The translations under genes and the position numbers were made by a program. DNA of 24,000 bases from Aestuariivirga sp. (GTDB lineage: Bacteria; Pseudomonadota; Alphaproteobacteria; Rhizobiales; Aestuariivirgaceae). The notes beneath the pieces were generated by a model. That model was not told where the DNA came from and searched no databases. It saw only the letters and a list, made by a program, of their open reading frames with translations. How positions within the stretch are numbered: position 1 is the stretch's first letter; each line of letters begins with the position of its first letter. Positions 23,723-24,000 of this stretch are shown one piece after another. The stretch lies in the NCBI GenBank assembly GCA_043782835.1, contig JAYWAB010000196.1, positions 2,019-26,018 on the forward strand, given 5' to 3'.

Positions 23723-24000
23723 TTGTTTGAACACGTGCTCGCGCCTGATGCGCTGACCGCCTTTTTCAAGGTGGTGATGATTGATCTTGTGCTCGCGGGC
23801 GACAATGCCATTGTCATTGGCATGGCGGCGGCAGGCCTTCCGAAAGAGCAGCGCGCCAAGGCCATTCTTGTCGGCATCGGAGCGGCTACGGTCCTGCGCA
23901 TTGTTTTTGCGCTTGTGGCCATTCAATTGCTGAGGTTGATCGGCTTGGCACTTGTGGGCGGGCTGCTTCTGCTCTGGGTCTGTTGGAAAATGTGGCGAGA
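23723..24000 (+). CDS. TerC/YjbE-family integral membrane protein (5' part; runs off the window end)
   Basis: This ORF is absent from the ORF track because no stop lies within the window. My own translation from the TTG at 23723 is FEHVLAPDALTAFFKVVMIDLVLAGDNAIVIGMAAAGLPKEQRAKAILVGIGAATVLRIVFALVAIQLL...GGLLLLWVCWKMW. It contains the TerC-family DLVLxxDNAIVI motif. The frame is closed upstream by TAA at 23684-23686. Confidence 0.65.
   Translation, partial: MFEHVLAPDALTAFFKVVMIDLVLAGDNAIVIGMAAAGLPKEQRAKAILVGIGAATVLRIVFALVAIQLLRLIGLALVGGLLLLWVCWKMWR

Noticed and set aside
1-24000. CRISPR arrays, tandem repeat arrays, rRNA genes, IS elements or transposases
   Set aside because: No regularly spaced direct repeats, no transposase-like ORFs and no rRNA-like sequence were seen on inspection.

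Overview
No searches were run. All calls rest on reading the supplied ORF translations and the DNA for motifs, synteny and repeats. The window looks like an alphaproteobacterial chromosome segment with two compositionally different parts. Roughly 14.1-24.0 kb is visibly GC-rich, with many long spurious antisense ORFs. It carries conserved housekeeping genes: hemY-like, a Mic60-like coiled-coil membrane protein, hemD and hemC on the minus strand. On the plus strand it carries tsaD, gpsA, a YciI-like protein, an EVE-domain protein, a SAM methyltransferase, acs and the start of a TerC-family gene. Roughly 1-13.8 kb is visibly lower in G+C and reads as a genomic island abutting a tRNA-Thr(CGU) gene at 13820-13895, minus strand. 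The left island boundary lies outside the window. The island contains four groups of genes. (i) 1-6215 is a translationally coupled cluster: SNF2-like helicase C-terminus, a ~65-aa ORF, an SMC/Rad50-like ATPase with a CxxC hook, the C-terminal part of a Type III Mod-like methyltransferase, and an intact Type III Res-like helicase-nuclease. (ii) 6278-7402 holds a small membrane protein, an XRE HTH regulator and a very acidic protein. (iii) 7635-12037 is a P4-type integration/replication module: tyrosine integrase, an unknown protein, an AlpA/excisionase-type HTH, a small ORF and a primase-helicase fusion. (iv) 12229-13704 holds an unknown ORF convergent with an HExxH metallopeptidase-like protein. 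The most interesting observations are these. The restriction-like cluster is atypical, and an ATPase/Mod junction at about 2420-2700 leaves an intact res beside a mod lacking its catalytic N-terminal half. The HExxH protein next to the tRNA is a possible Lit-like abortive-infection candidate. A 41-nt duplication of the 5' half of the tRNA lies about 105 bp upstream of the intact gene. A palindrome- and repeat-rich spacer follows the primase-helicase gene. No CRISPR array, rRNA or transposase was seen.
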